In this document: in pieces, positions 18,767 to 28,927 of the stretch
Layout of the letters: every line of letters begins with the position of its first letter
Numbering within the stretch: position 1 is the stretch's first letter
Origin: a virus
Direction: 5' to 3' (one strand)
Length of the DNA stretch: 64,000 nt
IMG/VR virus record: IMGVR_UViG_3300045988_144754
Notes under the pieces: generated by a model
The model's database searches: none
The model's input: the letters and a program-made list of their open reading frames with translations, nothing else
What the model was told of the DNA's origin: nothing
Translations under genes and position numbers: made by a program

Positions 18767-19198
18767 TTAAGCGGTCGCTGTGATGGTGAGGGTGAGAGGC
18801 GCATCGCACACAAAGGTCTTACTGCAGCTGCAACAAGCCACACGGGCTATGCCGTTCTGAATCGCACCTACCGAAGCCGATACGGCTGTAATGGCTGTGG
18901 CACTGAACACGGGAATGGTGAAGTCCTGGCTCACCACCTGGGAGCGGGTACAGCACGTGCCGCAGTTGCAGGGTACGTAGTTGATGACACCCTCGACGTG
19001 CATCACCACGAGATACTGCGAAGTACCTACCTTGACAATATTCTTCACCGAAAACTGGGGCACGAACACGGGGGTCTCGTCCACACAGGCAGGTGTGCAG
19101 AGCTGCTGCGTGATGTTCACATCATAATAAGGGGCAGTGGCTGTCGCACCTACTGCCAGAGTAGCCGTAATGACGGCTGGAATGGTTCTTTTGTTCAT
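18767..19198 (-). CDS. cysteine-rich secreted protein
   Basis: Start trimmed to MNKRTIPAVITATLAVGATATA (signal peptide). Ten Cys including CNCGTCC and ACCSCS. Confidence 0.4.
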   Translation of the reverse strand: MNKRTIPAVITATLAVGATATAPYYDVNITQQLCTPACVDETPVFVPQFSVKNIVKVGTSQYLVVMHVEGVINYVPCNCGTCCTRSQVVSQDFTIPVFSATAITAVSASVGAIQNGIARVACCSCSKTFVCDAPLTLTITATA

Positions 19199-19253
19199 AG
19201 TCTTTTTCTTTTTTAATAAAGCGACGCATCTTGGCCGCCGCATTTTTCTTACG

Positions 19254-19676
19254 TTAATGTTTCACCTGATAGCCTGTCGAAGACTCCACAGGTAGGTTCT
19301 TCTGCAGAAGGTCTGCCAGCTCGTCGAGGTCATCTTCGTCGAAGGTGATCATGCCCTCAAGGATAGAGAGCGACCCCTTGAAGCGCAACTGGTCCACCAC
19401 GTCGTGAGCCATCTGCGGAATGCTCTCGTCGGGAATGTTGCCGAAGTACTTGCATAGCAGCGGCGTGACGAGCGCATTCACGATGGGCTGTATCATGGGC
19501 TCCATGTCGGCCTGCAGCGAGTAGTTGCCACTCACCAATCCCATACTGCCGATGGTGGCTTGCAACGACTGGAGCATGGGTAGACGCATCAGGTTGCTGG
19601 CAGCAATCTGCGAAATGGCTGGCCGTGCCCACTCGGACACGACCGCCGCCAAAATCTGAGAATTGGTGTAATCCAT
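19254..19676 (-). CDS. hypothetical protein
   Basis: 140-aa ORF. Confidence 0.45.
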   Translation of the reverse strand: MDYTNSQILAAVVSEWARPAISQIAASNLMRLPMLQSLQATIGSMGLVSGNYSLQADMEPMIQPIVNALVTPLLCKYFGNIPDESIPQMAHDVVDQLRFKGSLSILEGMITFDEDDLDELADLLQKNLPVESSTGYQVKH

Positions 19677-19688
19677 ATCTCACGCCGA

Positions 19689-20201
19689 TTACTGGTTGCA
19701 GCCACAACCGCAGCCGGTCTGGCATACGTTGCTGGAAGGAATAAACACCTTGGTGACACTCGCAAGAGATGCCACCTGTGACTTCAGCACGTCGATGTTG
19801 GCATTGGCAGCAGCATTGTATGCCATCTGCTGTGCGTTGATCGCCTGCTGTGCGTCCTTGTTGGCATCCACCTTGTCTTCTACACGGCGCAACTTCGTGT
19901 CGAGATACTGGGTTACCTCTACCAACTTCTTGTCGGTGTAGTTCTCGCTCTTCTGGATGGCGAGTTCGGTCTTCAGAGTGCTGTTCTCCTGAATGAGGTT
20001 GGTCTCACTCTTGGTCACAAAACGCGCATCGGGGTCGGAAGGGTTGGCAGTAGCCGGACCGCCGTTTCTCGTCATGCCCAACAGCGAAGCACCACCGCCC
20101 AAAAGGCTGGTAGCCAATCCCGCAATACCAAGGCCAAGGGCTGTGTTGCCTAAGCCTTTGCTGGCAACATCATAGTTGCCGTCATTAGTTTTTACTTGCA
20201 T
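19689..20201 (-). CDS. Gly-rich membrane / coiled-coil protein with C-terminal CQTGCGCGCNQ
   Basis: Hydrophobic Gly-rich N-terminus, a coiled-coil middle, and a Cys-Gly repeat at the C-terminus. Confidence 0.45.
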   Translation of the reverse strand: MQVKTNDGNYDVASKGLGNTALGLGIAGLATSLLGGGASLLGMTRNGGPATANPSDPDARFVTKSETNLIQENSTLKTELAIQKSENYTDKKLVEVTQYLDTKLRRVEDKVDANKDAQQAINAQQMAYNAAANANIDVLKSQVASLASVTKVFIPSSNVCQTGCGCGCNQ

Positions 20202-20376
20202 AATGATTGATATTAATAAAATTCTTCCAATATCGGAATCATCTGCAAAAGTAAAGGGAAACAGACAAAAAGAAAAGGGAAGTCTATGAAGTGTTCTTAC
20301 AGAAAAACCAGGAAACAGAAATGCTTATGAAAACATAAACAGGCACAATATATAAAGGTATAATAACAATATCTTT

Positions 20377-21285
20377 TTATCGCATGGCTTCCTCAAGAGT
20401 TCTAATATAAGGTATGGACTCGTTGCGCACAATATCAAGAAAAAGTTGTGCCGACCGCTTCATCGGCACGTCCTTCATCCAGTGGACATTGCTCATCAGG
20501 TCGTGCTCAAGCCCCACGATGGGACGGACGGTAAGGGTAGGGTGGTTCTTTAGGTACAATTTAGGCATGAAAGTGACACAATGGGATTCTTCCACGATGG
20601 CAAGGTCCTCGTTGGGGTCGCTCACAATACATTTTACATTCAGTTTCATAAAATCGTATTTCAGATATTTCTGAAAGGTATTGAACACCCTTTCGCCTAC
20701 ATCGGGCATAATCACGTTGTGCCTTAACAAATCCTCGTATGACACCTTTTCCAGTCGGGACAAAGGATGGGTGTCCCGCATCATCGCATAGATACGGAAA
20801 GGAATACAGGGCTCAGACTCGATGCCCTCATTCTTGTAGGCAGTGTTCAGAGTAAAGGCGAGGTCGAGGGAGTGGCTTCTCAACAGGTGGTTCAGACTCG
20901 TCGCCTTGGTAAACTCGGCGTTGATTCTTACATTCGGGTATCGTTCCATGAAGATAAGTGCCGCCATCCGAATATAAGGTGCGATAAAAGAGCCTACACC
21001 TATCCTCAGCTCGCCCACAAGGCAGTTGTTGAGCGCGTTGATTTGTTCCTTGCAGTCGTCCGTCTGCTTCAGTATCTCCTTGGCGCGAGGCAAAAGCGCC
21101 TCGCCACTCTCAGTGAGCATAATGCTGTGCGAGGTGCGGATAAGCAACTTGCACCTCAGTTCATCCTCAAGAGCCTTGATGTGTTGACTGATGGCGGACT
21201 GAGTGACACAACAGCGCATGGCTGCAATACTGAACGATAAAGTTTCGGCTACATATACAAATGAGCGCAAATGACGAAGTTCCAT
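20377..21285 (-). CDS. LysR-family transcriptional regulator
   Basis: N-terminal HTH MELRHLRSFVYVAETLSFSIAA...QSAISQHIKALEDELRCKLLIRTSHSIMLTESGEALL is a canonical LysR substrate-binding-type regulator. 302 aa. Confidence 0.8.
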   Translation of the reverse strand: MELRHLRSFVYVAETLSFSIAAMRCCVTQSAISQHIKALEDELRCKLLIRTSHSIMLTESGEALLPRAKEILKQTDDCKEQINALNNCLVGELRIGVGSFIAPYIRMAALIFMERYPNVRINAEFTKATSLNHLLRSHSLDLAFTLNTAYKNEGIESEPCIPFRIYAMMRDTHPLSRLEKVSYEDLLRHNVIMPDVGERVFNTFQKYLKYDFMKLNVKCIVSDPNEDLAIVEESHCVTFMPKLYLKNHPTLTVRPIVGLEHDLMSNVHWMKDVPMKRSAQLFLDIVRNESIPYIRTLEEAMR

Positions 21286-21390
21286 AATAGTTAAATGTTA
21301 ATAGACCAATAATAAATTCATGCCGCAAATTTACACAAAATATTTAAAGATAACAGAAACCTCGCATTAAAAATGCTAATATTATAATAA

Positions 21391-21433
21391 CAAAAAACTC
21401 GGTATCATAGACTTATTAGTCAAGATACCGAGT
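21391..21433 (-). terminator. rho-independent terminator on the minus strand
   Basis: 10-bp stem actcggtatc / gataccgagt. On the minus strand it is followed by TTTTTT. Sits downstream of 21658..22272. Confidence 0.55.
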
Positions 21434-21657
21434 CTTTGAATTTATAGATTTTAAATTGTAAATGTTTTGTCTTACAATTTAGAGCGATCAATCATCATCA
21501 ATCAATGTACTGGCGGCGCTTGTCGGAGTTGTACTTGCGTCTGTCGGCTTCACACTTGCAGTGCTCGTCCTTGCTGCAGTCGTTCTCGCAGCCGCTTTCT
21601 TTGCTGCTGATGTTCCTTGATCGGCGGAATCAGTCTCGCTCTTATCAGTTCCGCCCG

Positions 21658-22272
21658 TTATCCCCCCACTGCCTTGGAAGCAAGGAGTGAATCCCAGCCA
21701 TCCGTAGTAGGATCGGTCACGTAGAGGTTAGGATAAAGTACACCGTTCAGTTTTGCCTCAAAGGTGGTTTTACGCTCGTCGCCACTCTTGGCACCAGTGT
21801 CGGTTTTGATGCCGCCATTGTCGAACTTCACCTTGATGTTAGGATCGTACATGATTTGCGTTCTGTCGCCACCCTTACCTGTTACGATGATGAAAACATC
21901 CTGGTTGTTGATAGCGCGGGCCAACTTGCCGCCTGTCTCACTCACAGAGTCGAGAGCAAAGTTAGTTGTAAGATCGAAGCCACCTCTGTAACCAGCCGAA
22001 GAACCCTGGATCTGCTGTGTGTCATCGCTGGCTTCAACCTTGTAAAGTCCCTTACCGCTCTTGAAGGTAGGAGTAGAATAAGTGCTGCCTGTGAGAGTCA
22101 GTGGCGCAGCCAAATCACTCTTCAGACCGATATACACATTATTGCCCATACCTGCGATATTCTCCAAGCACTCGTTTTCGTTCAGTACATCCAAGAGCTC
22201 AGGACATGTTGCTTTTTCTACCATAGTCGTATCTTGTTTTAATGGTTTAATAAAAAAGGCGACGACCGACAT
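21658..22272 (-). CDS. hypothetical virion protein (decoration candidate)
   Basis: 204-aa ORF directly downstream of the capsid candidate. Confidence 0.4.
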   Translation of the reverse strand: MSVVAFFIKPLKQDTTMVEKATCPELLDVLNENECLENIAGMGNNVYIGLKSDLAAPLTLTGSTYSTPTFKSGKGLYKVEASDDTQQIQGSSAGYRGGFDLTTNFALDSVSETGGKLARAINNQDVFIIVTGKGGDRTQIMYDPNIKVKFDNGGIKTDTGAKSGDERKTTFEAKLNGVLYPNLYVTDPTTDGWDSLLASKAVGG

Positions 22273-22334
22273 TTTCCGTCAGGTCAGCCGACCGCCGCCC
22301 GTGATTTTATTATTATGAGCAGTCGTGCCGATGA

Positions 22335-23621
22335 TTACTCACTTGCCTTGAAGAAGGCAGTAAGACCCATACTCATACCGGTAGCGGTGATGGTGATGGA
22401 CTTCTCCTTGCTGCCGTTGCTCCAGTGAGAGAACTTATCCTTTGTACCGTCCTTTGCCTCAAGAGTCAGGATCTGGTTAGGAGTGGTTTCTACGGCCTTG
22501 TCATATTTAGTACCGTTGACGGTTACTGAAGCGTCGGTAATCTCCTTGCCTTCAGTTTCTGCGATAGTCACTACAAGGTTAGAGTTGGTATAGTCGCCAG
22601 ATACAAAGTCAGTGCAGCGCAGCTCACCATCCGTAACAGCCAAAGCCCATGAGAATGGATTTTCGATACCGTAGCCCTGAATACTCTGACACTGGAACTG
22701 CAGGTCACGTGTATCGTTGTCAGAGCCGAGGCGTACATCGACGAAAGTCTGATTACCCTCTGAATCAACAGCGAACACGAGGTTGCCGGCAACAGAGAAG
22801 ATGATGCGGTCGCCTTCACCCATACCGTCTACAGGAGCGATAGTTACCTTTGGCAACTCAGGAATCTTGTAGTTACCATCTGCTACTACGTCGAGTTTGT
22901 GAGTACCGTATGACTGGAGAGCATAAGCATCAGAGATATTGATAGCAGTCTCTGTAGTCATATAAGCGAAAATCTGCTGACGACGAAGACGTGGATCAAG
23001 CTTCATGTAAGCATCACGGAAGTTCTTGTAAGCAGAACTATCTGTGGAAGACGTAGGAGCTGAGATGGCTTCACAATGAATGAGGTTATGGTTAGCCTCA
23101 CTGATCAAGCCGTCCTCGATGTCATGGTTGATACAGGTAATCCAGCCATCAGCCAAGCCCATAGCCTTCTCCTCTTCGGTAGCGCCCTCGTGATCGTTGT
23201 CGATGTCACCCCACCAGGCGTTGTTGTAGATGTCATCTGCATGGGTTTTGATTACGGCCTCTACAGCAACAGTAGAAAGAGGATAAGCACCCTGCGCGTC
23301 TGTACCATGGATTGTCTCGCAATATCTGTCGATATTATCAGAACCATGGAACCAAGTGAGCTTGGCAGTCAGTACACGCTCTTTCAGGAAGCCCACCTCG
23401 CTGTTCATCTTAGGATTGACATCCTTTCGGCGAGTGGTGCCACCTTTACGCAAGAAGATGTTAGTTGTACGCTGATACTGGATGCCACTGATAACTTTTA
23501 CTCCAAGACGCTGCATATCTTCAGGAGCTGCATACTGTGGTCCCATTACAACGCTTTTAAAAACTTGGTTAGCTACCTGCTGAAGGGCATCAATACCAAT
23601 AAAGTTTTTAGGTGTATTCAT
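22335..23621 (-). CDS. major capsid protein candidate
   Basis: 428-aa ORF immediately downstream of the protease-scaffold gene. Called on position and size only. Confidence 0.45.
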   Translation of the reverse strand: MNTPKNFIGIDALQQVANQVFKSVVMGPQYAAPEDMQRLGVKVISGIQYQRTTNIFLRKGGTTRRKDVNPKMNSEVGFLKERVLTAKLTWFHGSDNIDRYCETIHGTDAQGAYPLSTVAVEAVIKTHADDIYNNAWWGDIDNDHEGATEEEKAMGLADGWITCINHDIEDGLISEANHNLIHCEAISAPTSSTDSSAYKNFRDAYMKLDPRLRRQQIFAYMTTETAINISDAYALQSYGTHKLDVVADGNYKIPELPKVTIAPVDGMGEGDRIIFSVAGNLVFAVDSEGNQTFVDVRLGSDNDTRDLQFQCQSIQGYGIENPFSWALAVTDGELRCTDFVSGDYTNSNLVVTIAETEGKEITDASVTVNGTKYDKAVETTPNQILTLEAKDGTKDKFSHWSNGSKEKSITITATGMSMGLTAFFKASE

Positions 23622-23675
23622 AATACTTTACTTTTTAAAAATGTGAATGAAAGTTTGAAAAAAATAGAAATGATG

Positions 23676-25364
23676 TTAGAGAAGACCATTATCACGTTTA
23701 TACTTCTCGATAGCCTTCTTTGAGCCAACAGGATCTGAAGGGTTCCAAGTTGGGTAGGCTGTATGAGGTTCGGTTACCTGTGCGCCTTCTCCGTTGTTGC
23801 CTGGTGCAGTGCCTGCCGCAGGCTCCTTGCCAGCCTCTTCGGTAAGGGCGGCTATCTGGGCGTCCTTGTCGGCAATGGTCTGCTCGGCTGTAGCGAGCGA
23901 TTCCTTTGCGCCTTTCAGTTCCTCTTCGACCTTGGCTTTGTCGGTTGTCAGGGCAGCTATCTCCTCATCCTTTTTGGCAGTAAGAGTTGTCAGTTCCTCG
24001 TTCTTCTTGGCGAGAGTTGCAGCCGTTTCATCAGAAAGAGTCTTAGCTGCGGCGAGTTCTTCCTGAAGAGTATCAAACTTAGCCTGAAGGTCGGCGAGCT
24101 TTTGCTCTGCTGTAGTGGCTTTCTGCTTTGCATCGGCCACAGCCTGCTCGTTGGTGTTCAACTTGGTTTCGAGAGAGTCGAGCAAGGGAGCATTCATGAA
24201 TGTGCCTTCTGCATTGACTTCAATCTCGCCTTCCTTGATACCACAAGCAGCGCTAATCAATGGGTAATTTTTCATATCAATATGAGTTTGGTTAAAATTG
24301 TTGTTGTTATCCTTTTTTGAAGATGGAGCGGTTGTTGGCTCTTGTGCTGAACTGGCTACTGTAGCTGGGGTAGAGGCGTTCTTAGGCTCTTTTTCTGTGC
24401 CTTCGGTATCAGTACCTTGGTCATCAGTGGTGATTTCTCTCTTGATAGGCTTTGCTGTACCATTGTAGAGATCGAAGCATCGGTGGATGCAATCAAGGAA
24501 AGTAGATTGACCATCCACCAAAATACCCTTTGCCTCTTCTGCTGTGAATATCTTTCCATGCAGATGTTCCTTTTTAGCTTTCGGGCAAGCCTTCTTTACA
24601 TCTCTGCGGAACTCTACGCCCAGTTCGGCCAACTCTGCCACGAACTTCTCCGTATTGCCGTCGTTGGCAATATCACGGAAATCGCGATTCTTATCATAAG
24701 ACTCCGGGTCGTAAATCTCGTGATAAGTCTCGTTAGTAAACTTGTTGGTACTGCCGTCGGCCTCAGTATAAAAAGCACCCATCACACCGATGCAGCCTAC
24801 ACCGTCCTTGGGGTGCATGTAATATCGCTCATCGCAGAGAGAAGCGAGATACATACCGGCAGAATAGCAGTCACCATCGATGAAACACAGAACTGGCTGA
24901 CCAAGTGAACGTGCATAATTGATGGCCTGTTCATAATCATTCTTAGCCCATGCTGTACCGCCAGGTGTGTCAACGATAAAGATATGACCACGACACAAAG
25001 GATGATTGGCTGCATTAATCATCATGTTACGATGATCGACGGAACCATACGAGCAGCCGCCGCCATTACGGGTGATAGGACCATCAACTGTAAGGACAGA
25101 GACAAAAGGAAAATTTTGTGCATTCTCATCTTTGAGAGCCCACTGACTTCTCACCTGATTACCATCCTCTGAAATCTGATATTCCTCGGGATAGTAGACG
25201 CATCCGTTCTCGTCTATAGCAGTGACAAAACCGCAAGTCTTCTGAGGCTTCTCGAAAGCAGCATGAGTGTTCAGGTTCTGCTCTAAGGCCTTACGTATTC
25301 CGTGTACGAACTCGGGGTTGATCATCCACTCCTTGTTGGTCATAATTTCAAAAAGACCTTTCAT
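23676..25364 (-). CDS. prohead protease (S49/ClpP-like) fused to a coiled-coil scaffold domain
   Basis: IVDTPGGTAW...CYSAGMYLAS matches SppA/ClpP-type serine peptidases. The C-terminal 180 aa are Ala/Glu/Lys-rich coiled coil. Confidence 0.6.
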   Translation of the reverse strand: MKGLFEIMTNKEWMINPEFVHGIRKALEQNLNTHAAFEKPQKTCGFVTAIDENGCVYYPEEYQISEDGNQVRSQWALKDENAQNFPFVSVLTVDGPITRNGGGCSYGSVDHRNMMINAANHPLCRGHIFIVDTPGGTAWAKNDYEQAINYARSLGQPVLCFIDGDCYSAGMYLASLCDERYYMHPKDGVGCIGVMGAFYTEADGSTNKFTNETYHEIYDPESYDKNRDFRDIANDGNTEKFVAELAELGVEFRRDVKKACPKAKKEHLHGKIFTAEEAKGILVDGQSTFLDCIHRCFDLYNGTAKPIKREITTDDQGTDTEGTEKEPKNASTPATVASSAQEPTTAPSSKKDNNNNFNQTHIDMKNYPLISAACGIKEGEIEVNAEGTFMNAPLLDSLETKLNTNEQAVADAKQKATTAEQKLADLQAKFDTLQEELAAAKTLSDETAATLAKKNEELTTLTAKKDEEIAALTTDKAKVEEELKGAKESLATAEQTIADKDAQIAALTEEAGKEPAAGTAPGNNGEGAQVTEPHTAYPTWNPSDPVGSKKAIEKYKRDNGLL

Positions 25365-25569
25365 ACGGGTTTAAAAATTAAGATTGTAAATGTATGTTAT
25401 CCTGTAAACAATTCTTTTTACCAAAGAATGTACTATGTCAAATGTTTCTGTTTGCAAAGGTAATAGATTGAAGGTAGGCAAAAAGGACAAAAAAACGCCG
25501 CTATCCTCACGGACAACGACGTTGACAACTAAATACTATTTCTGATATTTAACGAATATATCTTAAAAT

Positions 25570-26058
25570 TTATTCCAACTGAATAGGAATAAAATCGGAC
25601 ATTGCTTTACAGGTGGCTGTTACGGTTCTCGTCTCCGAACTGTTTGTAACAGTCGACGATGTGGCAAGTCGAAAAGTATGAGCAAGCGTATAACAGAGCC
25701 AAAACGATTCGTCTCGCCTACGAAGTACTATATAATAGTCCTTACCCTTCATCTGTTTAGACGCTTCGCGTACATTTTTACCACCAGTCACAACATTTAC
25801 ACTCACCTCAAAGGTATAAACAGTTCCGTTTCCACCTTGCGATGGAGTTTCTTTGGCTGTAATACTGCTTGCCAATACCGTATGTTCTCCTTCCGACATG
25901 GCGATATGCAGCGCTGGCTCAGAAAAGTTGCAGTTGTTTATCTGCATAATCTGAGCGACAAAAGGCGGAACAGGGATGGAGGAATGTTCCACATCATGAA
26001 AGTAAACGTCGGTTACGCCATCGAGAAACGTTTCCCTACAATTATCTGGTATAAACAT
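25570..26058 (-). CDS. hypothetical protein
   Basis: 162-aa ORF. Confidence 0.4.
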   Translation of the reverse strand: MFIPDNCRETFLDGVTDVYFHDVEHSSIPVPPFVAQIMQINNCNFSEPALHIAMSEGEHTVLASSITAKETPSQGGNGTVYTFEVSVNVVTGGKNVREASKQMKGKDYYIVLRRRDESFWLCYTLAHTFRLATSSTVTNSSETRTVTATCKAMSDFIPIQLE

Positions 26059-26131
26059 ATATATCGAATATTACATTTAAATTTTTAACTTATTTTGCTT
26101 TTCTTATTAACACATTTTTAAAGGTTGTATT

Positions 26132-26863
26132 TTACAGCCATTGTATCTCGTCAATGTGCATACTGCTTTCTTTAGCATCGCCATACTGCATATCGAAACA
26201 CGAAAACGACTTATAATTGGCGTGTTCAGTACTCAACCAGCGGTTGACGATACGGCGAAGATTATCCTTCTCTTCGGTTGTCGGTTCTATGCCATATCTC
26301 ATTAAGTATCGCTCCTGCGCAGCAGCCCTGGAGCGGGCTATCAGCCGGCCTTTTGACGTGCAATAATCGAAAGTAGACAACGACCACTCTACAATGCTTC
26401 GCTTGAAGTCATTGTTGATGGATGTAAGCAGGCGACGCACACCATTGGTATCAATCGTCCAGGAAGGAGTAACCGACTTTACTACATCTACCATCTCCAC
26501 CTCATTTGGAAGTTTAATGCAAAGATAATCTTCATTAATGGTTTTAGCGTAATCAAGTTTACCATTCAAGTACTGAACTTCGCCATAAGAAAGATATTGG
26601 TGAACATCTCTCTTGATGACAATACTACCACCTAAAGGGTGTCTTCCCTGCATCATGTTTCGCCACTGCTGTTGCGAAAAACAGGTCATGTTGATTTGCT
26701 TACAATTAGCCACAGCCGGGGTCAGTGAATTGCGCAAAATGAAATGCTCCGGCATATAACTGTTAAAGACCAGAGGATCACACTTTGACAATACATGGTT
26801 AGAGTCTCGATTCCTGATAAACTGGCACCGACTCAACGGAAGCCGAAGATAGATATTTGGCAT
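26132..26863 (-). CDS. hypothetical protein
   Basis: 243-aa ORF. Confidence 0.4.
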   Translation of the reverse strand: MPNIYLRLPLSRCQFIRNRDSNHVLSKCDPLVFNSYMPEHFILRNSLTPAVANCKQINMTCFSQQQWRNMMQGRHPLGGSIVIKRDVHQYLSYGEVQYLNGKLDYAKTINEDYLCIKLPNEVEMVDVVKSVTPSWTIDTNGVRRLLTSINNDFKRSIVEWSLSTFDYCTSKGRLIARSRAAAQERYLMRYGIEPTTEEKDNLRRIVNRWLSTEHANYKSFSCFDMQYGDAKESSMHIDEIQWL

Positions 26864-26911
26864 GTTTTTTTATGTTTACTTTTACCTATAAATCAGCAAG
26901 AAAGTCTTTTT

Positions 26912-27898
26912 TTACCTTTTTACCTTTTTACTTTTTTTACCTTTACTTCTATGATAGTACAACAGAATAATATCTGTTACTCTAAAACAATAGTTGGCAG
27001 GATCTTTATCCGCTGTGACCATACATCCCGCCTCTTTCATCACCTTGTCGAGCCTTTCTGTCTGACTGGGCGATAAAGCTTTGACAAGCGATAAAGCATC
27101 TATATACGTTCCTCCACTTTCCGTATGCTTGATAAATTCCTTATCAAAATGGGTTTCATTGTAAAAAAACAGGTTAAGGGCTTCTACCATCTGCTCTGCA
27201 GAGTAGACTGGAAGCTGGGGTGTCAGTTTACGAAGATTTTTGCTGTAGGTGGTCAGACGCTTATTCAGATAGTCGTCGATGCTGTCAGAATAGTCGAAAT
27301 AAAGCTGCGCTTTGGGAGTGTTGTCATTTTCACCTGCAACAGACTTATAAAAGCCGCGAAGTTGCTGTATCATTTTAAGAACACCGTCAAACTGATGGAA
27401 CTCAGTAGTATTACCGAAGACTGCATACATATTCGACCTGACATCCTTCACGACACATTCCAGCATGTCAGAAAGAAACGCTACCTTATCAAGGTTGAGT
27501 GACAATGTATCTACTTTCTCTTGCATACCATCCTGAGAATAATCTACAAAATATCTCAGTAGAGTACCAAAGGAGAAAAAGTCGAAGGTAACGTTAGAAC
27601 GAACATTCGCCAACACAACGGAGGAATACATCGTATAAGCCAGCTCTAAATCGCGCTTCTGTATCTGCTTCACCAAATTTTGAATCTCTGAAGAACCTTG
27701 CTTCAACCTACTTGCCACCTTCGCGAGGTTATTGCGTTTCGTCATCAACTCATTAAAGTCAGGATCACGAAAGAGTAGGTCAAGCGACTCGGTATATTTC
27801 TCCAAAGGTACGTCTTTGAAGTTAATGTAATAAATGGTAGGCTGCGCATAGATGGCATCTATGCGCTTTGCCTCTTGTTGCTTTTTGCTTTTGCCCAT
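26912..27898 (-). CDS. hypothetical protein
   Basis: 328-aa ORF. Confidence 0.4.
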   Translation of the reverse strand: MGKSKKQQEAKRIDAIYAQPTIYYINFKDVPLEKYTESLDLLFRDPDFNELMTKRNNLAKVASRLKQGSSEIQNLVKQIQKRDLELAYTMYSSVVLANVRSNVTFDFFSFGTLLRYFVDYSQDGMQEKVDTLSLNLDKVAFLSDMLECVVKDVRSNMYAVFGNTTEFHQFDGVLKMIQQLRGFYKSVAGENDNTPKAQLYFDYSDSIDDYLNKRLTTYSKNLRKLTPQLPVYSAEQMVEALNLFFYNETHFDKEFIKHTESGGTYIDALSLVKALSPSQTERLDKVMKEAGCMVTADKDPANYCFRVTDIILLYYHRSKGKKSKKVKR

Positions 27899-27988
27899 AT
27901 TAAAATCTACTATTTATCATAACGTCCATTAACGCCCAAACGAAGACGCATCTTTAGCCATGATATATATATATGTTTATATTGATGA

Positions 27989-28885
27989 TTAAATGTCAAA
28001 CTCATCACAATACTGGCGCATACGCTCGATGATGATGTTGCGTATCTTTTCGCCAATAATCTTTGCATTGGGATGCGGCGTGCCCGTCTTGCCATGGAAG
28101 CGAAGGTCAAGAATATGGCTCCAGTCGGAAAGCGTGTAGGTATATGCCACAACGGTATAGGTGTCGAGAGGCAGAACACCTCGTGCGTCCTGCGGCTTCA
28201 AGCCGGACTTCAGAAGTCGGTTGTAGCCCCACTCACACACTCGACATACAAGGCCATACACAAAGCGCTGCCAACGACTGCCTTCTGCGTGCCAATGCGG
28301 ACGTGCTATCTGCACGCCTCCCTTCTTCTCTAAATTGCAATAGCGTGTACTCTGTTCGGCGATGCTGTTGGGCGACGTGCGGTTGAGCTCACGCGATGTA
28401 CTTATCTGCGTGGTTACTACCATCGTCATGCGGATAATAGAGAATGCCTCCTCACACTCGTACTTCAGTGCCTTCTCGATAAACTCGTCTTCGCTGACAC
28501 CATACTGACTAAGCGCATTCATCATGTCCTCGTGCTCAAGCGCAAACTGAGTATTGGTACTGAACCATACCTTATGATTCTTGGTGGCATAGTTGATGTA
28601 AGGCGATGCCTCCAGATATGCCCAGATGTGGTTAGGAAGACCCCTTTCGTTGGGCATAAAGAAATAGACTGTGCCGTGACGAAACATCGAGCGATGTCCG
28701 CTGTCCCAGAAGTCCTTGCAACGTACCTCGTCACGCGTCTGGATGAAATTTTTCACTTCCTCTTCGGTCAATCCTTCTCCGGGCTGCTTGCCCTTTGCCT
28801 TGTAGCATATTCTGCCCACTCTTGCTATATGTTGTGCAAGAGTAGTCTGCTGCCACCATTCTACTTGTGGTTCGATGAATTTCAT
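27989..28885 (-). CDS. thyX: flavin-dependent thymidylate synthase (ThyX-like)
   Basis: GHRSMFRHG matches the ThyX HxSVxEH motif. RTSPNSIAEQSTRY matches the RHRxxSxxxxSxRY signature. Confidence 0.6.
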   Translation of the reverse strand: MKFIEPQVEWWQQTTLAQHIARVGRICYKAKGKQPGEGLTEEEVKNFIQTRDEVRCKDFWDSGHRSMFRHGTVYFFMPNERGLPNHIWAYLEASPYINYATKNHKVWFSTNTQFALEHEDMMNALSQYGVSEDEFIEKALKYECEEAFSIIRMTMVVTTQISTSRELNRTSPNSIAEQSTRYCNLEKKGGVQIARPHWHAEGSRWQRFVYGLVCRVCEWGYNRLLKSGLKPQDARGVLPLDTYTVVAYTYTLSDWSHILDLRFHGKTGTPHPNAKIIGEKIRNIIIERMRQYCDEFDI

Positions 28886-28927
28886 TATGGATGAATTTTA
28901 ATTTGTTATTTAAAAGATAGTGCATTC

